From Ostrea edulis (taxonomy: Eukaryota), in the NCBI RefSeq assembly GCF_947568905.1, contig NC_079172.1, forward strand, positions 67,704,001 to 67,768,000: a DNA stretch of 64,000 bases. Direction: 5' to 3'. A program made the position numbers and the translations under genes. Positions 49,451-61,690 of this stretch are shown here, piece by piece. The number at the start of each line of letters is the position of its first letter. Positions within the stretch are counted from its first letter, which is position 1. The notes below the pieces were generated by a model. The model was given only the letters and a program-made list of their open reading frames with translations, had not been told where the DNA came from and searched no databases.

Positions 49451-52202
49451 ATATAGCGATATAAGACATAGCGATATAAGACCTCATCGGTAAGAAGGGA
49501 AATGCCGCGCTTTATATTATTAATAAATATTTCTTCACTTAGGGCAGTTATATTTATTTAAGAGTTCATTGCTATTTCAGTGCTTTATATAAAATATTTC
49601 AAATGCAATGTGTATTTTGTATGATTCTCTTAAATGTACGTTCAAAAACTGTAATTCAACTCCATCCTCAATGATCGTGTAGTGTGTGACAGCGTGGCGG
49701 CCAGAATTCCATCGTCATCGAAAGCAAGTTTTTAGGCCGAGTATCTAATTTACGCCAAAATGTAGGCAGGTGTAACGACGAAAAGTGACCCCAGTAGAAT
49801 ATATAAATAAAAAATGTATAGTTTCCATAATTGTAATCCTCTTTGATTTTACTCTGGGTAAATAATGTGCAAAAATTCAAAATAAATTCTCAAACTTTTT
49901 TTTTCTGCAGAAGTTCTAAGAAAGGTTAAAAAGATTTGAACCCTTTTGAAGTTTTCAGCTAAGTAATTTTTATCGTGTGGTGGCTAAAAAAAATAGAACC
50001 TTTTTATTTATTTTAATGAATAAATGTTGTTGAAATAGACCTGAAATTCAAATTATGGTTATTATGTTTGATGTGTTGCTAGGCAACCAAATTACGGGAA
50101 TAACAAGCAAAAAATATTTCCTGTTTGGATTAGGTATACCCTATAACTATATGTAATATTAGTATTTTTAAAGAGGGGACCGGAAATGGCTTTTGTCCTA
50201 TCTTGTTCTTTTCCTCCTGGCCATGTACGTCTTTCCTATACAAAAATTAAGCTTTCTTGCTGTATGATACGAGGTTTAAAAATATAAAAGGGTTTTTAGG
50301 ATAAAAGTGAAAAAATAATCTTTTTTTTTTTTCTTTCATCGAAAATCCTCCTTTAAGGATTATATTAACAAAATGCATATGTGCATGGTAATGCAGATTA
50401 TACATCTATAATGATCAAGGAAGAGGAGTATATTGCCAGTATTTCTATCACAATCGTAGGACACTATTGGTATTTCTTATGCCCCCGAGATAGAAGATCG
50501 GGGACATATTGTTTTAGTCTCGTCCGTCTTTCTGTCCTAGTCACTCGTCCACAAACTTTACAGTGAAATACCCTGAAGTGTGGAGCGTGCATTATCGGAA
50601 TTGTTTTGACTGACTATGGTCCAATCAGAACGTAGTAGGCGGAGCCAAGACATTCTCGTTGTCTTGAGAGAAAAAGTATCTCGTGTATGTCATGGTCGGG
50701 AAATCAAAACAGCTGTTGATCAATACACATAACACATATGCATTTTTTATTTATCAAATTGTTACCTAAAACGCTTGAAAGATTTTTTTTTTCTTCTAAA
50801 ACTGAAAAGGAAAAATAATTAAAGGTAAATGGAATTGACAATAATTATTCGCGTTTCTTTCTAGAGCTACCTTTCTTTGCCTTTACGTTGCTACATTTGA
50901 TAAACTTGTGCAGTAAACCGGTCCAGATAACGAACGGATGTAAACAAAAAGTGCGGTACTATTTTTAAAGTGTGTTGGAAATATCCATGCGAAAAATTAT
51001 AGCTATACTAATGAATAATAATCGGGGGGGGGGGGTTGCAATTATAATGTAACTTGTAGTCATAATCAAACAAACAAACAAAAACCAAACGAACAATACT
51101 ATAAGGGATATGCGCTGTTCAACTATTTTGCTTACCTAGATATGTATACATATTAATTCAAACACTCATGTTCACTACAACTTGGAATCCACCTAACCAT
51201 TTCAGTTTACGGTATATACACGTGCTTGTCGTATAGAAAATTCCCAATTTTATTCATGGTTATATACCCAGGTAACTCTGTTATAATATAACAAGAATTA
51301 CTAAATTTTAGTATCAAAGTCTCATTCAGATTGAGGTCATACATTTAGTGCGGGGGGGGGGGGTGTTAAACAGTATACTTAATATTCTGCTCGTTTAGGC
51401 CACATGAAAAAAAAAATTAGTACAAGAGGGATTTCGCAAATTAATTTCTCAAAATTTAAAATTGTCAATGGAATCAAAGAAATTAAACAAGATGAATTTC
51501 TGCAATTACTCTGGGTATATCAACAATTGAAATGAAATGAATTGTGTTCTGTTTTTCCCTATGTATTTGCCTAACAAGAATATATATTACCCAAACCAGT
51601 TTTGTTTTGTTTTTTGTATAAAAAAAGTGACACAGGGTCATAATTCTACGGGGTCATTTTTCTACAATCCACACGGAGAAAAATGAGTCCAAGGCCATAA
51701 TTTCTACAAAAGAGTGGGTCATTTTTGTAATATTCTACGGGGGTCACTTTTCGTCGTTATACCAGCCTAAATCGCATTTCACAAAGGAGCGTATATACTG
51801 GGCGTAAATCCGAGATAGTACCCGATATTGAGCATACTCAATTGCTACATGTTTTGGGTTTCGAGACTATTTTAAAACATTGAGGTGGATCAAAATGTTT
51901 TTAAAAGCTCTAAACGAATTTTGCTGAGAAATTAACGAAATATACTTACAAATGTACTGTAAATGATAACTAATCCAATAGTTTATGATTGTTTAACTAC
52001 ATGTTATTAGAGACATCATGTTATGTGCATAACATCACAGGAACCGGTAATTCTGTCTGCAATAATGATACTAGGAGTGTATACTAAACCACCCCCTATT
52101 CAATGAGAAAAAAAAACCAACTTAATTTTAATAGGGTGGTATAGTATATATATATATATCCAATAATAAAAGTCAAGAAACACAAAACTCGAATAACATT
52201 TC

Positions 52203-52241
52203 ACTGTTAGCGCTTTCGGCTTTAATGCCTCTTCAGACAGT
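52203..52241 (-). ncRNA. Minimal type I hammerhead ribozyme (family B, inverted copy)
   Basis: Exact reverse complement of 52275-52313. Confidence 0.8.
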
Positions 52242-52274
52242 TATAAAACATTATTATTATTATATATTTTTATA

Positions 52275-52313
52275 ACTGTCTGAAGAGGCATTAAAGCCGA
52301 AAGCGCTAACAGT
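52275..52313 (+). ncRNA. Minimal type I hammerhead ribozyme (family B)
   Basis: ACTGT-CTGAAGA-GGC[ATTAAA]GCC-GAAA-GCGC-TA-ACAGT; intact core, 5-bp stem I, palindromic stem III. Confidence 0.8.
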
Positions 52314-52395
52314 GAAATGTTATTCGAGTTTTGTGTTTCTTGACTTTTATTATTGGATGTATTTACTGTATCAAATACCGAATTCTTTATTTACA

Positions 52396-52464
<69 letters not shown>

Positions 52465-52634
52465 AACCCCTAATAAGAGTTAAGGAAATTATTGAATTGT
52501 GTCATTTATTCTTCTGAAGAATACTGCATATTTCAATAAACTATGATACACGTAAGTAGACTCAGTCCCATTGAGTTTCTATCTTATCAAAGTCTAAAAT
52601 AATTTATGAATTGAACTATGTTATCATAATCAGA

Positions 52635-52990
52635 CCAGTGGCAGATTTAAGGGGAGGGGCGACCCCCCCCCCCCCTAAAAAATTCAAATTTAAGGTAAAT
52701 CATGGTCTCTTGCTTAGAAAAATGTAAGCGACAAAAGAAGCAATAAATTTTTCCACTCTCGGAGAAATAAATGACAAAATCTTTTGATTTATTGAATTAC
52801 TTTTATTGGAAAAACTTACATTTGTTCCAAAAACCCCTATATTTTGAGTCATTTTATTGATTTCAACTTAAAATTACTACATAGAAGACCTATTTCAAGC
52901 CCTATAAAATCTTTAAAATCCAGGAGCTTCAGGGGACTCAATGCGGCCCCCAGACCCCCTACCTTATAAAATTGTCCCCCTCCCTAACCA
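52635..52990. mobile_element. Probable hAT-like MITE
   Basis: Ends CAGTGGCAGATTTAAGGGG and CCTGGATCCACCCCT resemble imperfect CAG(T/G)GGCGGATC-type TIRs; no TSD confirmed. Confidence 0.4.
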
Positions 52991-55900
52991 CAATTCCTGG
53001 ATCCACCCCTACACTAGATAAAAGGTAGGTTTACATGTATTGCATATTTCTTCAGCAAATATATTGCGTGTATAACTTCTAGATTTCAACAGTGCATTGT
53101 AGGAAAACATGTATGTTTCGTGCATTGCTACTGCCGTCTGATTCAGTATTCAAGACATTATAATATAATGGCGTCCTCAAATTCACAGAGTAAAATCGCA
53201 GATGCTTTGGTCATAATATATAAATACACATCTAACCGTATACATACATGTATATGTATAAGGTTAAATGTGTATTCATATATTATGACCAAAGCACATG
53301 TGAACAAAATCAGTAAAAGAAGACTTAATTGGATGGCTGATGAAATACAAGTACTAGCATCATCAATTCGATATTCTGTTTGCAAAATTTTCTAGTGATA
53401 TCACTTCGGAGAATATGAAGGGAATCTGGAACGAAATCACCAAATAGTAAGTAGTCTAGTCTTTTAAGAGTTGAAATATACTGAAGGTTCAGATAAATAT
53501 TAAAACCCACTTCCCCCAAAATTTAAAATAAGGACTCAATATGTAGTCGTTACCCTCTTTCATATATTATCATCATGACTTGGAGGATATGAAAATTGTA
53601 AATTATAGGTCAGTAGATAGAATTCCTTTTTTGTTGTTGTAAACTTGGTTGATTGGAATGAATGAATCTTTAAACGGTCAACATTAATGTTCCTTGATTA
53701 TAGAATAGAATTATTCTAAAATATGCATGTAACTTATTACGTTCCATGATTTTTTGTATAAATGAAAGTAAAGTTAAAAATTTTCAAAATGAAAGCTTCC
53801 AATATTATCATCATATAAACATGTTGCCCAAAAGTTTATTCGCAGAAACATTTTTCGCTATATATTTCATACTAAACAGCAATTTTTCAAATAGTAGGTC
53901 TGACTTTATGTTTTACATTAAATTAATGCAATGGATTCCACTTTTAAGCAGAATTGTTTGAAGTTTATGACGATAGGAATTAGATATTTCTTATATGGAT
54001 TTTTTTTTAAAATCAAATTTGATTCAGAGTCAATATGACCGGTCTCTGAAAACCCTTTCTCTTCTTATCTGCCGCTGTCTGCGTTGCTTCAAAATTAGCT
54101 GCAATAATGTAGCCCTATCCGATTTTTTTTATTCTGACGTTTTCGGGATTGGGCTACAATTCCATAGGATCTCCATAATGGTGCAAAATAATTTAATGAA
54201 TAACCGATAATAAGCTCCGTGTATTAGTCATAAATGTTGTTTATACTAAAATGAGTACCAACTTTGTGCTCGGGCATGTCTAATAAAGGTGTTTTTCATT
54301 AAACATCATGTACAACATGCAAAATTCTTCGTCTGCTCCGCCATGCTTATTATCACGAGATCTCGTGAGTGGATCTACTGAAAACCCTTACAGGAGTTTG
54401 AAATTTTATCAATCAAGTGAATTTTATTGACTTTATTGATGAAATTTCAAACTCCTGTGAAGACATAAACATTGGCAATCTGCGCGAAAATGTAGTTACT
54501 CGATCGAGTCATTCCGACAAAAGAGAGGGAAATCATATGGATGCAGAAATAATTTACTCTCTGTTGTTCATTTTATAACTTGATATCAAATCTAAACCTT
54601 TTTAATACCAACGAAATACCTTTCGCCTCCGTACTTGTCCATTGATGTAAATACTACCTTATATGGCATATGCAAATAACTTGACATCAAACATGGCGTA
54701 CAAATATGAATCGAGAAATTGGAATATATCGAAATTGTTGAAAACGGTGGAATAGAGTCTCACAAATCATAAGTTGCGGGTTGTAAATTTATATATTGAC
54801 TAAGAAACATAGAATATCATTTTATTTACGTAAAGAAAGTCAGCAAATGTTTAGAATGGTCGAAAATGTTGCGGGAGTGAATCACTCCCACATTTGCACC
54901 ATTACGGATATTTTAACGAGTATTAGCCCTCTCCCAAATAAAAAAAATTGGAGAGGGCTACATTATTGCAGCTACTTCAAAATCAACACCGTCGCCATTA
55001 TTCGCTTAATTGTTTACAGACTAAGCGTTACACCAAGTCATGAGCAGGCCTAAATTTAAGCCATAAGTTTAGTCGGGTGCAAACGTAGTATATATTATGA
55101 AATGCAACTTAGTCAGGTTTTATTATTTACTCGGGTTTTTACGCCCGACTCAACTAACGTCTGGTCGTACGCCTTTTTGTGAAACGGGCCCCTGGTCACA
55201 TGATGCTAGGAAATTTGGTTTCTGGGGTCCTGAGTTCAAGCCCAGGTAGGGGCGAAAGTGGGTATCCAAATAGGATAAACCGAAATTTCCAGTGCTTTAT
55301 ATTACATGTAGATATTTCTTCACTTAGGGCAGTGATGTTTTTTAAGAGTTCATTGTTATTTCGGTGTTTTACATGTATCTATCTTACTCAACAATTACGT
55401 CAGTGTATACAGCAAGGGGAATTCCTCGATGTGTAGACAGCACGGTAAAATGAGTCAATATATTCCAAGGGCGGCGATGTGTAGAGAACTTGGTGCTTGG
55501 AAACACATCTGATATGGTAGGGAAATCACAATCAACTGGGGTTCTAGCAATTCACTTACGGTAAGGACCTCATCACACATCCGGGTACAACAGGTATAGA
55601 CGGCTTACTCCAAGTCAACTCGTCTAGAATCACTACACTCCTCCCTCTCCCATTGTAAGATAGAACCCCATTAAGTAAAATTAGGAGTATACACGGGTAG
55701 TAGTGTAAATTAATGCCAATGATTTATTTTATTTTTAGTGCAAATAAAATATACAAGTTGCAAAACATAAACTTTTATTGGATTCTATAATGGTCTTCCA
55801 TATTTCTCTATTAAGATATGTAGTAATGTAATTATGACCTTAATGGCTTTCCTTATGATTAAACCATGCATGCAGTTGTTGTTCATGGTCTATTTAGTTC

Positions 55901-56570
55901 ATTTTGATTGGCTAGGCTTAGTGTCAAAGGTTATATGTCATGGGTTTTGTGAGTTATGCTGGATTTTTAGATAGTCAGTTGTATTCACTAGCAGAGTGTT
56001 GAAGGGTGGTTTTCTTTGCATATCTTTTGGAGGTAAGAAAATGAATCTGAACATATTAATTAGTGTGAATGTGCTAATGAATGAAAGGAATGAAATAATG
56101 TATTTTTTATTTCATATTTAACAAAGGAGTAAAATAGAATTAATATTTTATACAGGTTCCTTGAAAATCAGTTATCTTCCTAGTTTTGATATTTTGGCTC
56201 TGGTACCATATATCTGGTAAGATCATTGTTTTGTGTGCATTTCTGTAATGTTTAGTGTATTTGTCATATAATTTCTTTTGTGTGTGTTCGATGTGTACTG
56301 TACCATGTAGTTTACATAAATTTCATATATGATCAAATTTATTATATTTCAATGCGATATGGATAAAAAAAACAAAACTCATTTTGAAATTTAAATGTAT
56401 TTTATCAATTTTTTTTAACCTTCACACAAAATAATGGATCAGCAATATTGTGTTCATTGTATTGAAATTGGTTTCCTAGTATTTGTATATTTTATCTGTA
56501 TATTTTATGTGGTGTGTGATTGTGTATGCTTATAATTGTTGGTTATGTTTCAGAGCTGCTATTTACATAC

Positions 56571-57061
56571 AAAACTTATACGGTACCAATTTTGATGCAC
56601 CAGATGCGCACTTCGACAAATAATGTCTCTTCAGTGATGCTCAACCGAAATGTTTGAAATCCGAAATAACAATGAAGTTTTAGAGCTATTATAGGGAAAA
56701 ACAGTGTGCCTAAAGAGTGGAGTCAAATTCGGTTAAGGATAAGACCTATGCGTGAGGGAGATAATCCTTAATTTTGAAATGAATTTCTAAATTTTATAAC
56801 AGCAATTAAATATACATCCGTATTTTCAAGCTAGTAACGAAGTACTTAGCTACCGGGCTGTAGAGACCCTCGGGGACTAACAGTCCACCAGCAGAGGCCT
56901 CGACCCAGGGGTCATAATGTAAAACTTATACGGTACCAATTTTGATGCACCAGATGCACATTTCGACAAATAATATCTCTTCAGTGATGCTCAACCGAAA
57001 TGTTTGAAATCCGAAATAACAATGAAGTTTTAGAGCTATTATAGGGGAAAACAGTGTGCCA
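56571..57061 (-). ncRNA. Tandem retrozyme-like locus: 350-nt unit with two type I hammerheads (56597-56640 and 56947-56990)
   Basis: AAAACTTATACGGTACC recurs at 56571 and 56921 (period 350); each copy carries on the minus strand GCATCA-CTGAAGA-GA(C/T)ATTATTTGTC-GAA(A/G)-TG(C/T)GCA-TC-TGGTGC. Confidence 0.85.
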
Positions 57062-57429
57062 AACATGTCAGAAATAGACTTATTTCTTCAATAAAATTCA
57101 TAACCTATCACGGATGGTCTATATGATCATTAGAACTGGTTTGCCACCCCGTAACATACATTAAAATGTTAAATTTATTAAATTGGATGAAGGTAACAAT
57201 CAAATATCTTTGATCCACCCCTAAGAACAATAAACAATGTTTGGTGAAGGTACCAATATAGTATCTCCACATATAGATAAAACACAGTTGACGACGCTAG
57301 GTTGATATCTTCCTATATACAATGTCTGACTGAAGGAACCAAATTAGTATCTCCACATATAGATAGTTGAAGTCTCAGGTTGACATTTTCTCAATACAAA
57401 ATATAGAAAAACTCGGCTCAATCAAATGG

Positions 57430-58300
57430 CACGAGGACACCAGAACTCCATTGTTTAGGGTGAGCTGTAGCAAATCTGGCGTCTCATATCCAGATGAACT
57501 GCTACGAAAGCTGCAGTCTCTCCGAGGTAATCTGGTGCACTGACTGCAGATGCTTCCAGGGGAAAATAAGGAAAATAGACGTTGGGAAACCTCCTCAGAC
57601 AGCACTCCAATAAATCTGCCGTTCCATGTAAAATGGACATGCAAGCACAGATCTTTGCTGCAATGCATCTCCATCAACATCAGGCAACAGTGAACATCTG
57701 AACAATACACATCCTCTGCTGGCCCTCGCAAATGAGAAACAAGTGGTTGAGTGGTCTTAATAAATCTCAACATCTTGATGAAAACTTCCCCCTACTGAAG
57801 ACATTCAATGAGTGATATTGCTGTATCCAACCCACACTCTCCTAACGCCACAACCTGTGGGTGATACAGTAACTGTTGAAGCTCCATCCCTTTGTACACT
57901 GTGTGGATCTGATAGTGTTTTGGGTGCACGCCTACCGCGACTCTCGAAGGTCCTGGCAAAGTGAAGGCAATGTATGGATACGTCTTGGGTTCGCTTTAGA
58001 CGATTATCTCTCCGATTACTCTCACCGGAATCGCTGGTTTACATGCGACTTGCTCCGACACACTAAACTCAATCAGATCTTCTACTGTGTGTCTATCATC
58101 ATATCCCCAGATCACCCGACATGTACGGTCCAAGTGGAAGTGACTGCCAAACACAGCTGGTGCACAACTATGTCCGGTCGCTTCTCTCTCGTCCGCGCTA
58201 GTCTCGTCTATCATCACAACCTCTTCCATTACCAACTCCTCAACCACGGTCTGAGTCTTTTGATGAACAACAGTACTTGCGGCAACCAACGGCCTGTCAA
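57430..58300 (-). pseudogene. Degraded intronless TatD-like (TIM-barrel DNase) ORF
   Basis: Ordered motifs across frameshifts: GSHFHLDR (about 58126-58150), VGVHPKH (about 57915-57935), VALGECGLD (about 57825-57851), LVSHLRG (about 57723-57743), H.HGTAD, RRFPNVYF, PYFP...SAPDYL; the ETD region appears deleted. Confidence 0.72.
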
Positions 58301-58370
58301 GTTTAGTCGCCTAGTCTGTGGTAGACAAAAATGGTTACTCACTGGATTAATATTAAATTCAGAGTATTTG

Positions 58371-58490
58371 TACCGGTCGCGGTAGCTCAGTGATAGAGCG
58401 TTTGTTTCGTAACAGAAAGGTCGTGAGTTCGAGCCCCGCTCGTGTCATGGCCGCGTCAACCTAAAACGTTAAAATAGGCAGTGATTGTCA
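58371..58490 (+). mobile_element. tRNA-SINE 5' fragment
   Basis: ACCGGTCGCGGTAGCTCAGTGATAGAGCG...GAGTTCGAGCCC; same head as 22826. Confidence 0.75.
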
Positions 58491-60341
58491 CAGGCACCTG
58501 AAGTGTGGATAACTTGTATAAATCTTATGTACATACCCCCCTCCAGAATGAAATTATTTTATACAGAACCAAAAATGTGTCCAAAAAATGTTATTTCCTC
58601 ACCGATCACCCTCATCAGTCGTTCTGAAGAGTCAGTTTGTACCTTCTGTAAGCTTTAGAGATGACCACTTGTGAGATACTAATATATGTAATATTTTATT
58701 ATACCGGTAGAAGGCCATTCTCTAAAGCTTACAAAAAGCGTGAAACGATTACATGAATCGAAAGAGGGATGGGATAGACCGGGAATTCACACATTTCAGA
58801 GAAATTATAGCCACCCCAAAAAAATATCAAAAAAGGGGGGGGTAGTAATATCCATACTTCAGGTATCTGTGGTAAAAACTAAAGTGAAACCAAACGAGAC
58901 TTAGATACCCTATCACTGGTCAACAGGAGATGCTTACTCCTCCTAGGCATCTGATCACTGTTCGTTATCTTCACTTTTCATACTCAAAATCTGCCTATTT
59001 TTGCATATGATTTTATCAAATCGAGCTACGATAAATACGTGTGCCCCGAATATTTCTCATTAACACAAGCATACATAAGCTTTGTAAAATACTAATTTTC
59101 TGCTCTCAGAAGGTGCAATAAACTCAATTAAATTTTGTGTTTTCAGTATACTAGAAATTTTTCTTCAAGAATACCCCAAATGTTAACTTAAAGTTGGGTC
59201 TTTAATATCATTGAAGAAATATCTAAAACCAAGGTATCATTAATCTTCACAAGTCAGATAATGAAAAACATTACTCCTGTCTCTTGAAGATTATGCTCCT
59301 TCATCGGTAAATATTTAAACTCAAAACAGTCAAAGCAATGGCTAAAACATACGCTTATAATTCTCATCTTATTGTTAGAGGAGATTTTAGTTATCTTTTT
59401 AAAAAAATCAATGAGGATCTAAGTATTAAAGAGTTTTGAAGCATCATAAAGAAAACATATTATTCGTTTATGACGAGCTCTGAGAGAGAACGATCCAGAA
59501 TTTCGATGCAGCGGTGAGAAAACATCGGAGGGAATAATTGATTAATACCTAAATGCATACACTAGTATCGAAATGTAAATGATCAATAGGGAAAATAAAG
59601 TAAAACAAAAGATATACAATAACTAGGAGTAAAATGAAAAGTCAACCATGTGCAAATAAAATGAAATATTACATCAGGATTTCCAGGCTTTAAGCTGATG
59701 ACATACTCGTAAAATAATAAAATAAGATTTCTATCAGTAAACAGAGCTGACAAACTAACAAATATATAACAAATATCAATAGATGATTTAAAAAAACGGA
59801 TACATTTTTAGCGTTCTATTCGATTAGATCTGAAACATTTTATTCTATTTCTTCCATTAGAAAGAAGAATTGTATGAACGAGTTAACACTTATAAAGGAG
59901 ACCTAAACCAAAACGATTCTTGTCGAGTAATCTTCAAGGGAAAACATTATGTTATAAAAAATTTATGTATTCAGAGGGAATATATTAAATAGGTAATAAG
60001 TTTACAAAACAATATGAATGCTACTGGAAAGCGTTTTCATTCGAAGTAGTGCGGCGTAATGCGCGTGCAGATTGATACATTCCCCTAACAGTTCAAAAGG
60101 AATCAACTGTGGACGACCGCAACCAATATCGAAAACACGATCTCGCTTACAATGTCTATTCAAACAAAGCAGATCTCTCGTCATCGATTTATATTATGTA
60201 GTATCTATCTATGTAGTGACTTTATTAAGCATTACTTGACTTGAGTAAGCGTTATGGAGTTATCAGATTGATTAATGTTTCTTTTCTTCACCTTCTTATG
60301 TAACCCGAATAAGCGTTGGAATTGGACTTCGAGTTAGCGTT

Positions 60342-61277
60342 ATGGAATTTGACTTTGGTGAAAATTTATCCCAAACGGCAGCGATTGTCTTTTCTACAAT
60401 CGCAATAATTCTATTAGTTTGTGGAATTCCATCTAACGTGTTGTTTCTTTGGACTTTACTGAAAATCAAACGCCTCAGAGTAATCCACAACACCTTCATA
60501 GGAAATCTGGCCGTGTCTGATTTCCTTATCACCACCTATCTCCTACCATTTAATTTACTATTTCTTCTCAATAAAGACGCCAGGATTCCGGACCGTCTCT
60601 GTCAGATAAACGGGATCTTAGCTAATGTTATGTTCAGCTCATCTGTGATTTCAGTGTCCACGATAGCTGTCCATCGGTACGTCAAGATATGTCATTATAG
60701 CTTGTGCGCGCGCATTTACACAAAGACAAGCGTCTCAGTGATAATAGCTGCAGTATGGGTCACAGGTTCTCTATTTGCACTACCGCTCTTCTGGATGGAA
60801 CACTCGCTTATTTTCGATCCAACTATACAGATGTGCGTCTACAATCGGTATGTCAGTCAAACCTATTCCATTGTATTTCTGTGTGTTTGTATTTTTGCTC
60901 CTGTTGGCATTACAGTGATTTGCTATTATAAGATCTATGTGTACGTGCAAAGGCACAAAACACAGCTTATGACTTGGAACAATAGAATTGGACAAACAAG
61001 ATTTAGAAGAGACGTCCGCTCTACAAAGTCGGCATTCGTTGTGTTTGTGTTCTACCTTGTTTCATATTCCTTGTTTGGTGTGGTGGCAACTTTCTTCAAT
61101 AAACACTCTGACGTTTCTATAGAAATCCATGCTATATCTATATATATGTCGTATGCAAACAGTTGTATCAACACGATTATCTATGGTGTTATGAATAAAG
61201 AGATGTTAAAGGCGTATAAAGAAGCAATATTCTGTTGTAGATCTCGGCAAATTCAAGACGTACAGTCAGATCGTTAA
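60342..61277 (+). CDS. Single-exon class A (rhodopsin-family) GPCR, melatonin-receptor-like
   Basis: 311-aa ORF with seven hydrophobic segments; TM1 GIPSN, TM2 NLAVSDFL, TM3 AVHRYVKICH, TM4 W, ECL2 Cys, TM5 P, TM7 YANSCINTIIYG, helix 8 and a C-terminal CC. Confidence 0.9.
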   Translation: MEFDFGENLSQTAAIVFSTIAIILLVCGIPSNVLFLWTLLKIKRLRVIHNTFIGNLAVSDFLITTYLLPFNLLFLLNKDARIPDRLCQINGILANVMFSSSVISVSTIAVHRYVKICHYSLCARIYTKTSVSVIIAAVWVTGSLFALPLFWMEHSLIFDPTIQMCVYNRYVSQTYSIVFLCVCIFAPVGITVICYYKIYVYVQRHKTQLMTWNNRIGQTRFRRDVRSTKSAFVVFVFYLVSYSLFGVVATFFNKHSDVSIEIHAISIYMSYANSCINTIIYGVMNKEMLKAYKEAIFCCRSRQIQDVQSDR

Positions 61278-61690
61278 ATAAAACCAGCTCGAGGAGTCTA
61301 CTTGTATCGATGATGTGAAGCTGACTGAAATCTGCAATGAAATTTGAATGTTTTTAGTCCTGTCGTTGTGACTTTGATTTGTATTTACGTATACAAATGA
61401 AACAATTGAATACATGCATGACTTTTATTCTTATGTCACAGGATGAAATATTTCAAACTTGATATACTAATATAATTTCATTACGTTGCTCATCATTTCA
61501 TCGTAAGCCGTTTTATATCATTCATATTCATCTGGATGAACGCTGACTGATAGAGGGAGGACTGTGAAAAGTCAGTATGGTTTGGGTATGGTTATGAGTA
61601 TTTTGTGAGTTGTTTTACTGGTTTTGGTGCTATATAAGCGAGATTCGTGCCAATTCCAGACACCAACCCGACAACACTCCAACCCTGACT

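Larger units (their letters stand above)
52158..52358. repeat. Perfect 91-bp inverted repeat (19-bp spacer) within (TA)n tracts; Penelope-type tail-to-tail remnant
   Basis: 52158-52248 is the exact reverse complement of 52268-52358; flanked by (TA)n at about 52145-52158 and 52399-52458. Confidence 0.9.

Noticed and set aside
57876-58385. 169-aa plus-strand ORF
   Set aside because: It is the antisense shadow of the minus-strand TatD-like remnant, with no recognisable motifs.
58612-58635. CTCATCAG / CTGAAGA words resembling another hammerhead core
   Set aside because: No stem II followed by GAAA and no stem I complementarity could be found.
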